From Podarcis liolepis (lineage: Eukaryota), in assembly GCA_965112155.1 (NCBI GenBank), contig OZ218101.1: 64,000 bases of DNA; one strand, written 5' to 3'. The stretch's first letter is position 1. Each line of letters starts with the position of its first letter. The notes below the pieces were generated by a model. It was given only the letters and a program-made list of their open reading frames with translations, had not been told where the DNA came from and did no database searches. This document shows positions 24,219-36,567 of the stretch, in pieces. The position numbers and the translations under genes were made by a program.

Positions 24219-24920
24219 CTCCTGGGCATGGTCGGCCAATTGGTGCCAAAGAAGGATAGAACTTTTTTTATGTATGCTACAACAGCAGCAAGAATACTTA
24301 TCGCAAAGCACTGGAAGACACAAGATCTACCTACCCGGGAAGAATGGCAGATGAAGCTGATGGACTACATGGAACTGGCGGAAATGACTGGCAGAATCTG
24401 AGACCAGGGAGAAGAGTCAGTGGAAGAAGATTGGAAAAAAATTAAAGTATATTTACAGAAATATTGTAAAATTAATGAATGTTAGAAGGATGCTGGAATG
24501 AACTTACATGGTTTTAGCAGAAAGGTTGCAAAGAATTAAGTAAAAATGGATTGTTAATGGGTCAAAGTGTAAAATGTAAGGTTAAATTGCGTTAAGATAA
24601 ATTATAGAACAAAATCTGAGAAAGAGGAAAAGGATTTGCTGAAACAGCTAATTGAATTAGAATACAAAAAAGGGAGGTGTGAAGAAGTCGAGGAAATAAG
24701 TAAATGAAAGATAAAGATATGAAAATACCGGATGTGTTTTTTGTTTGTTTGTTTGTTTGTTTTTCCTTTTAAATGTTTTTGTTTTCTCTTTTTTTATTGC
24801 TTTGTTGTACTGTCTTTTTATTGTATTTTCTTTTATTTTTGCAGTATTGTAACTCTCTTATTGTTTGCTTTTCTTTCTTGTAATTGTTAAACTTTAATAA
24901 ATATCATTTTTAAAAAAAGA
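24219..24920 (+). mobile_element. L1-clade LINE 3' end (ORF2 C-terminus, 3' UTR, polyA)
   Basis: ORF remnant LLGMVG...MYATTAARILIAKHWK...PTREEW...W, T-rich UTR, AATAAA plus A-rich tail; 16-bp TSD AGAAGATGGATTATGC at 24203-24218 and 24921-24936. Confidence 0.88.
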
Positions 24921-25336
24921 AGAAGATGGATTATGCAAGGAATATTCAGATGGGGCCAGCATGCCAAAAAAGGCGAAGGGATACTAGGTGGAGATGCATG
25001 GAACAAATTTAGGTTAATGGGGGAAGTCTAATAAATTTAACCCTGAAATCTTGCAGTTCCTGGGAGGTGCCCATTGAAAGCACCAGTTCTCACTCTTGCA
25101 GGATGCAGAGAGCACTTTGATATCAGTATGGCTGAAAATGTAGTATGACGACAGATTTGAAGCCATGAGCAGACCACTTTGGCCTCTTGACTCCCCAGAC
25201 AAATCAGAGAGGAAACTACTTCAGTCCTCAAGTTAGCAGATTTTGATTTCTCTTCTGTGATTTCCATGGGGAAAGAAATAGTTGCCAAAGGAACCAGAAA
25301 ATGACAAAGGAATACAAGACAACTGTTAGCCCCCTG

Positions 25337-25473
25337 AAGAATAGCTCAGTTGGCAGAGTATGAGGCTCTGAATCTCAGGGTTGTGGGTTCAAGTCCCACA
25401 TTGGGTGGAAGATTCCTGCATTGCAGGGGGTTGAACTTGTGGTCTCTCCAGCTCTAGAATTCAGTGATTCTAT
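25337..25473 (+). mobile_element. SINE with tRNA-Lys-like head and CR1 tail
   Basis: TAGCTCAGTTGGCAGAGTATGAGGCTCTGAATCTCAGGGTTGTGGGTTCAAGTCCCACATTGGGTG is tRNA-Lys(CTT)-like and is joined to ATTCCTGCATTGCAGGGGGTTG...GATTCTA. Confidence 0.75.
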
Positions 25474-26944
25474 AAACCCAACCTGCCTCTCAAGGCAGTG
25501 AATGAAGCAATTCAACCACCTTCAGTTTATGCACACGCACACACATAAACGAGTCCTTAGGATTTCATCCTCATGTTTAATAAATAACAGGCTTTTAAGA
25601 AAACGCTCGTCATAAAGCAGTGTGTAGCAAAAACAACCAATTCAATACCTACTGTAATAAATCCAAAAAGTCGTCATGAAAACAATCAGCATAAATTCAG
25701 CATGCTGACTTTCGGCAATGTCGAAGGAAGTTAGGATGGAAATGTGCATTGTTGCAAAGCAGTGTGGTTTCGTGTGCAAGAGCTGATAGGAGAAAAAGGG
25801 AAGGAAGGGAAATGCAAAGATGGCCTATTGCGTGGAAGGAGGGGTGGAGAGAAGTTCTTCTTCAGGAGGCCACAGTAAATCAGGAGGTTGTCCTCTGCAA
25901 CAGGACATTGGGGGGGTGTCTGTGATTGAATTGTTCCTTATGATTTTTTGAGAGCCAGACATCCTTGCTCTTTGATAATAAGATGCCTCTTAGTTATCCA
26001 GCAAAAAAACCAAACGAACAGGGAAAAGAGAACAGTGGGTTGTTTCCAATATGGTACCATACGTGCCTGATTTTCATGCACCACATGACAACTGCAATGT
26101 GCATGTTCATGCTGCCTCTTCTTGGAAGCAATCTTATCCCCACCCTCCTGCTACCACCAGAGCGCCAAATCAGCGCATCCCTTGCATGAAAGCTTTCTTA
26201 CCAAATTATGGAAAAGTAAATTTTGAACTGAAGGGGTAGATTTCCTTCTTCACCTCGTATAAAGGCCAGCCTTAAAGGCCAGCTGATCAGGAGATCCAAC
26301 CAAGCTTTTTGTCTTAGCAGCAAATGACATGATGCTTGTTTGACAAGATCTGTGTCATGGCCCCAGACCAGGAATCCTTGGAGACAGTGTCCTTCAACAG
26401 CCCTGGGGAAGAAAAGGATAACCCCCCATGTAGAGCTGTAATCCATGGAACTACAATGTTTGGTCCACAGACTCCTTGGAAAATCAAGAGACTCCCAAGG
26501 AGGCATACTAACAAGTCTAAGAAAACAGCTGCAGAAGAAGACACTGGCCTATTAACTGGCTAGATTCAATAAATACTTAGCCAAGGCTATAAAGATCAGA
26601 CAGATGCCCCAGGACATTGCTGAGACAACTTGTATGTTCTGCCTCAGTTATAGGATTATTAACTTGGTACTGAAACCTGGACCTCAGTCCCTCTCCAAGG
26701 TGCTGATCCTCCATTATTTTGCCTTCTTGTCTGTTTGGGACCCTGGACTTACCAACTTTGCCCTTGCTTAGGCCACCACCTACCTATGGTGGTGGGCCTC
26801 CCTATGGATCAGGACAATCTGTTTCCCAGGGGGGACACATTGCTTGGTATTGATTACTACATGCCTGAGAGTTGATGGTGTTCTTCAGCTCATCAAGGGA
26901 AGCAGGGACATTTGGCTCTTCCAACACCAACAGAGTCTGTCTTC

Positions 26945-27091
26945 CCTAGCATCTCCTGGTAGGGCTGGGAGACAAACTCTTCCCTGAAACCCTGGAGCCA
27001 CTGCCAGTCAGTGTAATAGACAATGCTGCGCAAGATGGACCCAGGATCTAACTCAGCATAAAGCAGCTCCTTATGTTATTCCTATGTTCCT
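26945..27091 (+). mobile_element. SINE 3' part with ATGTTCCT tail (Squam3-like; name tentative)
   Basis: GGGCTGGGAGA...CCTGAAACCCTGGAG..CTGCCAGTCAGTGT...AGCAGCTCCTTATGTT..CCTATGTTCCT. Reverse copies at ~28090-28235, 29290-29450 and 44896-45070. Confidence 0.55.
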
Positions 27092-29502
27092 AACACAATT
27101 CCAGTTAGCTAGATACGTATGAATTTGCTGGCCATTTTCTGTGTATCTCTACATCAATATAATATTTGCAAGGGGCACTCCTATTTGCCCAAACTCCTGA
27201 TTGCCCAAGTGCTGTGTTGTTTTCCATATCATTCTGATAAACTGTGATACATTCCCACTTTTCCCCAGGAAAGGGTAGAAGCTCTGAGGTGCTTATTACC
27301 ATATTTAAACCTAACATAACTACATTAAGCTGTTCCATTATAACACAGGAAGCTGTGCTTTTAAAGGCATTTTATTATATTATCAAAAACAAGCAATATA
27401 TAATTGAGAGAAGCACAAGTATAGTAACAATTCACTTCTCTTTTTCATTAGGATATTGGATGCAAATCAGAAATGAGGACAGCCAAAGTATATAGACTTG
27501 TCCAAAGCAGAATAGCCAAATAGACTATGCAGATCCAGAATCGACCCATTGTGAAAGATAAGGGCAGATCCAGACCATACATTCAAAGCATATTCAACAC
27601 ATTCAAAACCATGACTTCCCCAAAAGGATCCTAGGTTGAACAGATGCTCAGAACTTTGCATTTTAACATCAGAAATAAAAAAGATTTCTTTTAAAATGGA
27701 AAGTCAACACCAGGGGGAAAGGGGGCAGCCTTGTTTTGTACCAAAATTCAACTGCATTTATTTTGAGACAACATCCATTCATTAGTATTGTTTCTTTAGA
27801 CTGTGAATAGCACATACTGCCCTTTCAAATTTGGTGCCAACTTGAAAGTGGGATATGAATTCTAAATTCCAATCAACGCAATCAAAGGCTTTGAATACAC
27901 TCAACACCACTATTGCTAACACAGTTTTATATAATTTACTGTAAGCCAGTACATTTTAAAATCACCCGATCGTATCAGCAATCTTGGGATGCAGGGTGTA
28001 TAAATTCACTAACCATGTTTTTAATCTAGAGGGTCATGGAAAATTTAGCATCTTGACTTAAATAGGTTATCGGGTGGTATGATTACATCTTAGCCCAGTA
28101 TTGTCAACACAGGCTGGCAGTGATTTTCCAGGGCTTCAGGCAGGAGTCTCTCCCAGACTTCCTGGGAGATGCCAGGGATTAAACTGTAGACCTTCGACAT
28201 GCAGAACAGATGCTCTACCCCTGAGCTGCAGCCTCCTAGTCGACTTACTTATTTAATGCTATACCACCCTATATCTAAAGTTCTTTGAGCAGCTGATAAA
28301 AACAATCACATTGTGTTACAATAAAAATATAATAACAGCTAACCATATTCCAACAGGGACAGGATGTTGGCTGGGGTTGATGAAAGTTGGGAGTCTACAG
28401 CATCTAGAGAGCACCCAGTTTGAGAAGACTGATCACAAGCCATACAATGGAAGTGTTGTGTTGTGTTTTGGAGTACCAACAAGTTTCTAATTAATCAGGA
28501 AGCTATGACTAAGGTTTTTCTAGTCTTATACTTGGGAAAACCTGCTCCTTTATTATGTAAGTTCACCGATTTAACAACTCAAACAGAATTAGAAGGTGGG
28601 AAGTTTTGTTTCTTTGCATTCCACTTGCATGCACTCGAATCATCTTATTACATTATTTCAAGTACCATCCTTATACTTGTTTGTTTGTTTTTTGTCCCAT
28701 TAACCTTTTATCCATGAGTTTCTAAAAGGGTATGTACCTTTTTGCTGGATGTAGTGTAAAACTCCCTCAGGGGCAAAACCCAATATGTTCTAGAAAGTGA
28801 ATTATAAAGGAGAGGTGGGGGGGGGAGGAATGTATTTCACTACTTTTAATAGGTACAGAATACATACTGGCACAATTCCTTTCCTTTTGACAGAAGAGGA
28901 GAGTGATTTTTGGCCAGTATCAAGCTTAGGAAGGATTTGAGAGGTTTCAGCTGCCAAACCCACCTTCAGTGATGGCTGCCTGTCTTTACACTGGCCGGCT
29001 GCCACAAATGAAAGAAAACCAAGAATGCCAGAGTTGATCAGAAGTTATGTGCTTGCTGTACCACAATTTATTCTGCAGGATATGTGGTTCTTCCCTGAGG
29101 GAACTTCTCTCTGTATTAAGCAAAAAGGTGGATGGTGCCAAACTTTATGGGGAGGAAAGCTTTCCTACATTCAAGCCCGCTACAAAGTTTACTAGAAATG
29201 TTTATTTAAGTAATATAAAATTTTGGTTTTCAGTGAGAAGGCAAAGTCACATTCCATTCTGTTTTGTAAAGGTGGTATTTTAGGGACACTGGATCTACCT
29301 TATACCAGGTCAGGTCCAGCTACCCCTGTATTGTCTGCTCTGACTGGAAGCAGCTCTCCAAAGTCTCTGGCAGAGGTCTTTTCCATCACCTGCCAACTGA
29401 CCCTTCTAACTGGAGCTGCCTAGGATTGGACACTGGGCCTTTCTTACGCATAGCATGTCATTAAGCCATGATCCATTGTTTTGGATAAAGGACAACATTT
29501 TC

Positions 29503-29956
29503 TTTCTTTCTTTTATATTTTTTAAAAATTAATTTTCACAATAAACCATCATTACACTAAAAACAAAAACACACACAAAATAAAACAATTAAAACATCTA
29601 TATACACTCTTAATATTGATCCATATTTTGGGATTCCTCAAATCCCCTGACTTCCTTCCACTTCCTCCCCTGGCTACTTTCTATTATTTTCATTTATGCA
29701 TGTCAACAAAAAATCTTTATCTCTAATTACTTCCATAATTAAACATTATCCATAACATTCCAAGTGGGGTTTTTTTAAAAAAAACACCCTGCTAATGTAT
29801 TGACTTCCTTACATTGCTTTTGTATATATGCAATAAACATTTCCCATTCTTTTTTATATTTGTTGTCATCTTGATTTCTAAGTTTCCCAGTTAAGTTAGC
29901 CATTTCCGCATATTCCATTACCTTAATTTGCCAATCTTCTTTGGTAGGGACTTCTG
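29503..29956 (-). mobile_element. L1-clade LINE 3' end
   Basis: Minus-strand EVPTKEDWQIKVMEYAEMANLTGKLR...EW is homologous to the 24219 element; TSD AGGACAA(C/A)ATTTTC at 29489-29502 and 29957-29970. Confidence 0.8.
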
Positions 29957-32830
29957 AGGACAAAATTTTCAGTTAAAAACACAGGGAATAGCTGACAGCC
30001 AGAACCAGAACTCTGAAAGATGTGTGGATAATGCATGTGACTGAGCATCACTATTGCGAGGGGAGGGATACTTTTATGGCTTTTATGGCTCAGACAACAT
30101 AGAAATTTCACTGCTATGAGTGGTTAGCTCACTGCACTATCCAGACACACTACCCACCCAAGAGGCTATATTTTCTGTGACAAGTTGTATTTTTTAAAAA
30201 AAAATATTTAAAATTCTCTTCATTTGTTTTGTGAGAAAAAGTCTATTTCCACCTTTCAGCGTTTTTAGCCAATGAATGAAGCCATAGTAAGGATGAACAT
30301 TTAGAAAAATAGTTCTAGCCAATCAGACAAAGAGAATGTTGCAGTGAAACACCCGTTATCAAGACACTCCTTTGGCTGTAACTGGCTTGTAGATAAATCC
30401 ATAATGATTTATCTATTGTCGAAGGCTTGATATGGATTCACATTCTTATATTCAGTGAGTTTATGATGCAGATGGGATTTGAATCAAGGCATCCTTCCAT
30501 GGGAGACTACTAGCATCCTGGAATGAGTCCTCCTTTCCATTCTCTGAATGTGCTAGTCTCCAACCCAATCAGTGCATCAGGAAAGTAACCCACAATGCTG
30601 AGCAAGTGAGAAAAATCAGGTGCTTCACTCTTGCTTCTCAATCAGAGATGAGATGTTGTGCCACCCACTTCCTGCCTTCCTGGCCATGTGGGCTGGAGGA
30701 TGGTAGCATAGATGAAATATACTTCAGTCCCATCTGTTCCATGTTGTCAGCCTACCAAATGTTTGGCTGGAGGTCCCTTCCTACACACTCAGGAGTCGTA
30801 TTTTCAGTGCTCAACAGCGAGCAAAATTGGGGAATCCTGCTTTTCTGAAGGTGACACCTTAAAAGATAGGGAACCTCCTATCCCCAAGTGGAAGCTGCAG
30901 TTAAGCTGTTGAAACAAATGTGCATATTAATAAGGAGTTATTAGACCATTTTCATTCTGCTACAGCATGTGCATTTTCACCAATCAAGAACAGGTATGGA
31001 TAAATCAGATTCAATAAGCAACACGTTTGCTTCCACTTCTTGATTTACTAGGAATATTCCTGGAGGCAGAAGTGTGTATTCATGAGGAATGAAGGCTTAT
31101 TATTTGGTCTACACCAGGCCCTACACAGAGGATTGTATTTAACATAGTGCTAAGGCTAAGATTAAGCCAGCCCAAGAGGTTACCTTACACAAAGGAACTT
31201 TCTTCCCATCTCCTGCCTCCTCCTCCTGACACCCTAATTCTTCCAACCCTCCAGAGCAGATTTGGGGATGGCGCGCTGGCTTCCACCAGCACAACAATCT
31301 AGTTGAATATGGTCCATAATGAGTAAAATCCATTTGCATGGACTAGGCCTTAGTAATATAATTAACTGGATGCCCGCAATACATTGGTGGGGATGCTTGA
31401 AATCTGCTGCATGGTTCAGCTTGCCACCGTAAGCCTGGTATTTCCAAACATTCTAACATGGAGAGGGCAAAAGGAGATAATTAGTCTAATAGTTGTTGAT
31501 GTCACAGTGGGCCTTAGTTATGTACCGAGACGCTGAAGCTCAGATTAGAAGGGGGAAAGTACTGGCTGCAGGGGGGCCTTTCAGAAAGACACAAGCTCCT
31601 TGAATCATTAAAAAAAAAACAACCCAACCACACAAACACATTTATTTATTTATTTCCATTTATGAACCACCTCCTGTAATGTAAAACATCTCAAAGTGAT
31701 AAAACAATATAAAAACGTCAACAATGAAAACGTAACCTTCCCACACATCAAAGCAATTTCATACACACAAAAACAATTTGTTCAAAACATGCCATTTCTA
31801 AAATAGTAACTTAGTTATCTGCCATCACAAAAGACAAGGAGAAAAGGACCTCTTGGACACAGGGACACACACAACTCAGTAATGTGAACACGGAAATATG
31901 GCTTTGCTTACTGCTGTTCCTAGTGGAATAGAGCTATATGCAGGTGGCGGAGGCTACATCCCAGGGGGCAATGGCACAACTTTCTCAAACACCGGCTCCA
32001 ATTATATGTTAAGGCAGTAGATCCACAGCTTTAAATGCACAGTTACCCAATTTGCAGGTATGGGGCATGTAGGGATGGCTGTACCAGTCTATTTTGGGGC
32101 CTCTCTATTTCTCATTTTCCCAATTTTAAATTCAGTTCTCTGCATTTCTACAGCAATTTGGGGATTCTTTAAAATCCTTATGAAAATTATTTATTATTTT
32201 ATAATAAATTATTTATTTATTATGAAAATTATATATAGGGGCCAGCAATCGGTTAAAAACTGTGGCAGGATTTTAATTGTTTGTTTTAAAAAGTATTTAG
32301 GGACCACTTAAAGAAAGGAGGCCTGCTGGACTTCTAGAGGGAGGAAATTCCACCAATGTGGGGCCAACACTGACAAGGCCCTGTCCACTAACGTCAATTG
32401 GGTTGATGGGTACCATGGACAAGGCCTCTGAGTCCAATCTTAGGACCTGGGTTGGTTCATTCGTATGAGTACAGAATAGTCCTTCAAATAACCTGACCCT
32501 GATCCCAAACCATTCAGCACTTTAAAGATTTGTGCTGTCCCTTTAAACTGAGCCCAGAATGCGTAATCAGCCTGCACAAGCATCCTGGTGGCCGAATTTT
32601 GCACCTACTGAAGTTTCTGAACTATCTTCAAAGGCAACCCTACCTAGTCTAGTTTGGACATAACCAGCACATGTGTTACTGAGGCCAGGTAAATTTACCC
32701 TTGATAAGGTTACAGTTAACAAAGCAGCCTAAACTGGTAAGTCACTCCTAACCAATGAGGTCATCTGTGTCCAGGAGTATCCTCCCCCACCCCTTAAAAA
32801 ACCTATTTTTCCTTCATGGGAGTGTAACGC

Positions 32831-32967
32831 CAGGCTTCCTCAAGCTCGGCCCTCCAGATGTTTTTGGCCTACAACTCCCATGATCCCTAGCTAGCAGGAC
32901 CCAGTGGTCAGGGATGCTGGGAATTGTAGTCTCAAAACATCTGGAGGGCCAAGGTTGAGGAAGCCTA
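32831..32967. mobile_element. hAT-type palindromic MITE
   Basis: CAGGCTTCCTCAA...TTGAGGAAGCCTA TIRs; 8-bp TSD TGTAACGC/TGTAATGC; same family as 3887-4021. Confidence 0.85.
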
Positions 32968-33245
32968 TGTAATGCCATCCAAACCCCCCCCCCCCATTGC
33001 AAATCTCTCTTCAAAGCAGTGGTCTTCCCAACCAACATTACTTCTGCATTCTCTTCACTATATTTCAGTCCGTTTACCCTCATCCATCCCAAAACTACCA
33101 GCGATCAATGGTCCCTATGTTGGGGGGTTGTACTATGGAGGAAACAATCAAAAGTTTTCTGCGCTCCCTATCCCCATGCCCCTTTGGCCACTTATATGGC
33201 ACCCCAACTGCTGGACATCCTTATGGGGCAGACCAGCATTTAGAT

Positions 33246-33424
33246 CAGGGGTTGTCAACCTACTGCCCACTAGTGGGCGTTTCAGGATTCTAGGTGGGCA
33301 ATAGGGGGTTCTATGGCACAAGCTGAATCCTCCTTCCACCGAGCACTGGTGGGCGGTAAGGAAATTTCACCATCAAGAAAGATGCATTAGTGGGCAGTAG
33401 GTATAAAAAGGTTGACTACTCCCA
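33246..33424. mobile_element. hAT-type MITE (different family)
   Basis: CAGGGGTTGTCAACCT...AGGTTGACTACTCCCA TIRs; perfect 8-bp TSD ATTTAGAT at 33238-33245 and 33425-33432. Confidence 0.85.
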
Positions 33425-34693
33425 ATTTAGATAGATGGACCTTCCATCTCTGCTACTTCTTTAATTTACCTATTCCTTTCCCAAATGTTTCAACTTTCTG
33501 TTTCTCACCAGTGTTCAAGCGGAAACGATGAATATTCTCGCCAATGTACTCACAGATACCTGGATCATTAGAAAGCCATTATAATTATAACATGAACAAT
33601 TTGCACTGGGCTGACAATCAGAAAAAAGTGGTCATAAGATGGGGATATATGCATTTGCTCCTTTTGAAAAACGGCAAACCAGGCCAAACTATCCACAAAG
33701 TTAAATGTGCATTTGCATCTAAGGTAAGAGAGTTTGTTTGTTTATAAGATACAAATTGCCCTGGTTGGGTGTCAGAGTGGGCCTAGGCAGGTGCACAGAG
33801 AGAGGTGTGTGAGAGAGAGTGCACTCCTGCGTAAGAAGCCATGCAGTGATGGTTTGCTGCCTACAAGGTGTAGTAAATGGCTCTCTCCATGCAGAGGGCT
33901 CTTGTGTCTCAAGGCCAGTGTATGATTCCACACAAAAGGGGAAAGGGAGGGGATCAAGGGCAGGGGAGAGGCCCTAATTAGAATCAGTAATTGTGGAAAG
34001 CTTCCCCCCCCCACTGCCTTTAATTTGACCAGCATGCTCTGTATATGTTACTGCAGGGCTCTCCGAGTCCAAAAGCAGCACATTCTTCAAGGTCAAACAG
34101 AGAAGGAAACACTTCCTGCCATGTATATTCCACCCACCCTGACAGCCGGATCTCTCCTTCCCTGCTTGTCCCTTTTCTTTTCTTTTTCCTTTTGAAGTCC
34201 TGCCTCCTCCTCTCCAATCACTCTTTTAGCTACAGTCCCTTCCCACAGGCCTCCTGCTCCCAGGCCACTTGCCTACAAATACTTGCAGGTGGTTCCAATG
34301 CAAACACAGGAGAGGGCTGTGCTGGCATGGGGCTGAGATGTACTATTGACATTTAGCCTCCCATTGTCATCTTTTTCTGCCTGCGACCTGAGCTGTGGAG
34401 CAGGGAGCAGGGGGAGGGGAGCAGAAAAGCAGTGTAGGGTGGAGCAGAGCCCAAAGACAGTGGGGAGAGGTCTCCCTCCACAAATATACCATCCCTGCGC
34501 ACTGCTCTTCCTGCTCAGCTCTCAAGGACTCTGCAGGCATAATGGGAGAACAGGGAATAAGAAGAAGGAAAGTTCCACCATGCAGAAAGCATTCTTCCTT
34601 GGTCCCTGGGACCATACCCTTGGGTGCTTTCCCAAGGTCCCTAGCTGCCACCTCTGAGGACTCCATGGGAGCAATGGCTCAACAACCCCTGGG

Positions 34694-34828
34694 TCATAGA
34701 TTTTGTAGAGTTGGATGGGACCTCAAAGGTCATTAGTCCAGCCCCCTGCAATGCAGGAATCTTTTGTCCAACGTGGGACTCTAACCCATTCCCCTGAGAA
34801 CCTCATTCTCCACCGACTGAGCTATCCC
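34694..34828 (-). mobile_element. SINE with tRNA-Lys-like head and CR1 tail
   Basis: Reverse-complement homologue of 25337-25473. Confidence 0.7.
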
Positions 34829-35982
34829 AGAGATTCTGCCCAGCAAAGGAAGCTCCCCTGTACATTTTGGGATGCGAGTGGTGAATATCTGGAATCTCCT
34901 GCAGCACTGGGGGTTGAGGTGGGGGAGTCCTGGGACTACCTGACCTTTGGGATGAAGCAATCTGGCTGAGCGGGCAACGACTTTCCGCAATGGGGAAGGT
35001 GGCTGTCTCCACGAAGCCGCGCTAGTGGGGACGTTGACCCAGGGAAGGGCATTCCCCGGGCAGAAAGCTGCAGGGATGACGTTGCAGGCAGGCGGAGTAG
35101 CCCCGCCTCCAGCGGGCACCAGCAGCGAACGAGGGACAAGCAGGCGGGCAGGGCGCGCGCTGGCGCGCACCTCTCGGGGACAGGAGCTCCTGGATCGGGG
35201 CCTCCTCCCAGCCCTTCTCCACCCTGAGATCGGCTGCAGGCGAAGCCGTTGGTCACCATTCCCAGCCGCCGCTTCGGGCAGAACAAGGCGCTTCATCCGC
35301 ATGCCTGGCGCGCACCTTTGACCAGGACTTGACGCGGGTCTTTCCACATTCCTTTTTCGAACAGGAAAAAAACAAAGGGGGAAAAACCCCCATATTGCAA
35401 TTCATGGTCTGGACGCAACAAACTGAGAGACCAGCACCGTTTTCAGCCTGCCCCATTTTCACTGCCTAGAAGGGGGGGGGGGGGTCCCCTAGGCTGGTTT
35501 ATTTTTTAAGGCAAGACCTTCCCGCTTCTCCCCTGCTGCTTTCTTGACCAACCCCTGGCTGAGCTCAGGTGAGGCGCGCGCCTCTCCCGCTGCAGCTGGC
35601 TGCTTGTCTGCGGGACTGGCTGGACGCTTTCCCCGCTTCCAAGCAGGCTCCTCGCCCGCCGCCTCCGTCCACCTGCCCACCGAGCCCAACCCGCCCGCCG
35701 CTGCGCCTCAGCTGCCCGGAGAACGCGCCTGCCCGGCTTTCTCTCCCCCTCCCTTCCTCCCTCCCCATGCAGGTGGAGCCTCTCTCCTCTCCCTGCTTCT
35801 GCCGCCGCGCGAAGCAGGTGCCTGCCCGGGCGGAGGGAGGAGGGAGGGGTACGCAAGGGAGCGGGAAGAGCCGCCGTCGCCGACAACCTAGCCCGGCTCC
35901 CGCCATCTCCTGCGGCTCGCGCACTTGTCCTCTCCTCCGCCCCTCCGAAGCCCCACGCCCTCGCCGGCAAGGCGGCGCTCTC

Positions 35983-36037
35983 ATTGGCTACCGGCATTTG
36001 GGTGGGCGGCGCTCGCCCCAGGAGTTGGGCAATATAT
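35983..36037 (+). promoter_or_regulatory. Probable ATP1B1 core promoter (inverted CCAAT, GC box, TATA-like)
   Basis: ATTGG 35983-35987, GGGCGG 36004-36009 and AATATAT 36031-36037 in canonical spacing, ~435 bp upstream of the ATG. Confidence 0.55.
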
Positions 36038-36470
36038 CCCGCACGAGTGGGAGGGGACACAGCTAATTTTTCTCCTTGGGCAGAGCCAGGTTTCGTGCTT
36101 TCTGCTTCCCTTCCCACCCCCCCGGCTTGCGCTCTGGTTCACTCTCCCTCCACCCCGCCCCCAGGCCACCTCCTGCACCGCTTTGCCCGGCTGCCGGTCT
36201 CCCTCTTTCTTTCTCTCTCCGGGCACGGATTACTCGACACGCGCGCTTGTCCGCCCGCGCCAGCGCCAGCGCCACCTCGTCAGGGTGGGACGCCCCGCCG
36301 GGCACACAAAGACCTTCCGTTTGGTCCCCGCGTCGCCTGGAGAGCGCGAGCGCCCTGCCGGCGGGAATTTCGCGGAGGGGACGCCCCGAAGCAAAGGCTG
36401 CGGTCTCTGAAGGGGGACCGGACTGCAGAACTCCTGGTCGTGAGGCGACAAGCCGCGCCGACCTCCGCTC

Positions 36471-36567
36471 ATGGCTCGCGGGAAGAAGGAAGGCGATGGC
36501 AACTGGAAGAAATTCATCTGGAACTCGGAGAAGAAGGAGTTCCTAGGGAGGACCGGGGGCAGTTGGT
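36471..36567 (+). CDS. ATP1B1: Na+/K+-ATPase beta-1 subunit, coding exon 1
   Basis: [32 protein letters not shown] is the beta-1 N-terminus; 97 nt; donor T|GTGAGT at 36568. Confidence 0.97.

Noticed and set aside
25337-25410. Functional tRNA genes (also ~34760-34828, ~40982-41048, ~54411-54496)
   Set aside because: Stems are degenerate and each is fused to a CR1 tail, so they are SINE heads.
2200-34900. Additional host protein-coding exons upstream of ATP1B1
   Set aside because: No ORF with recognisable host homology or consistent splice structure was found; small or non-coding exons cannot be excluded by eye.
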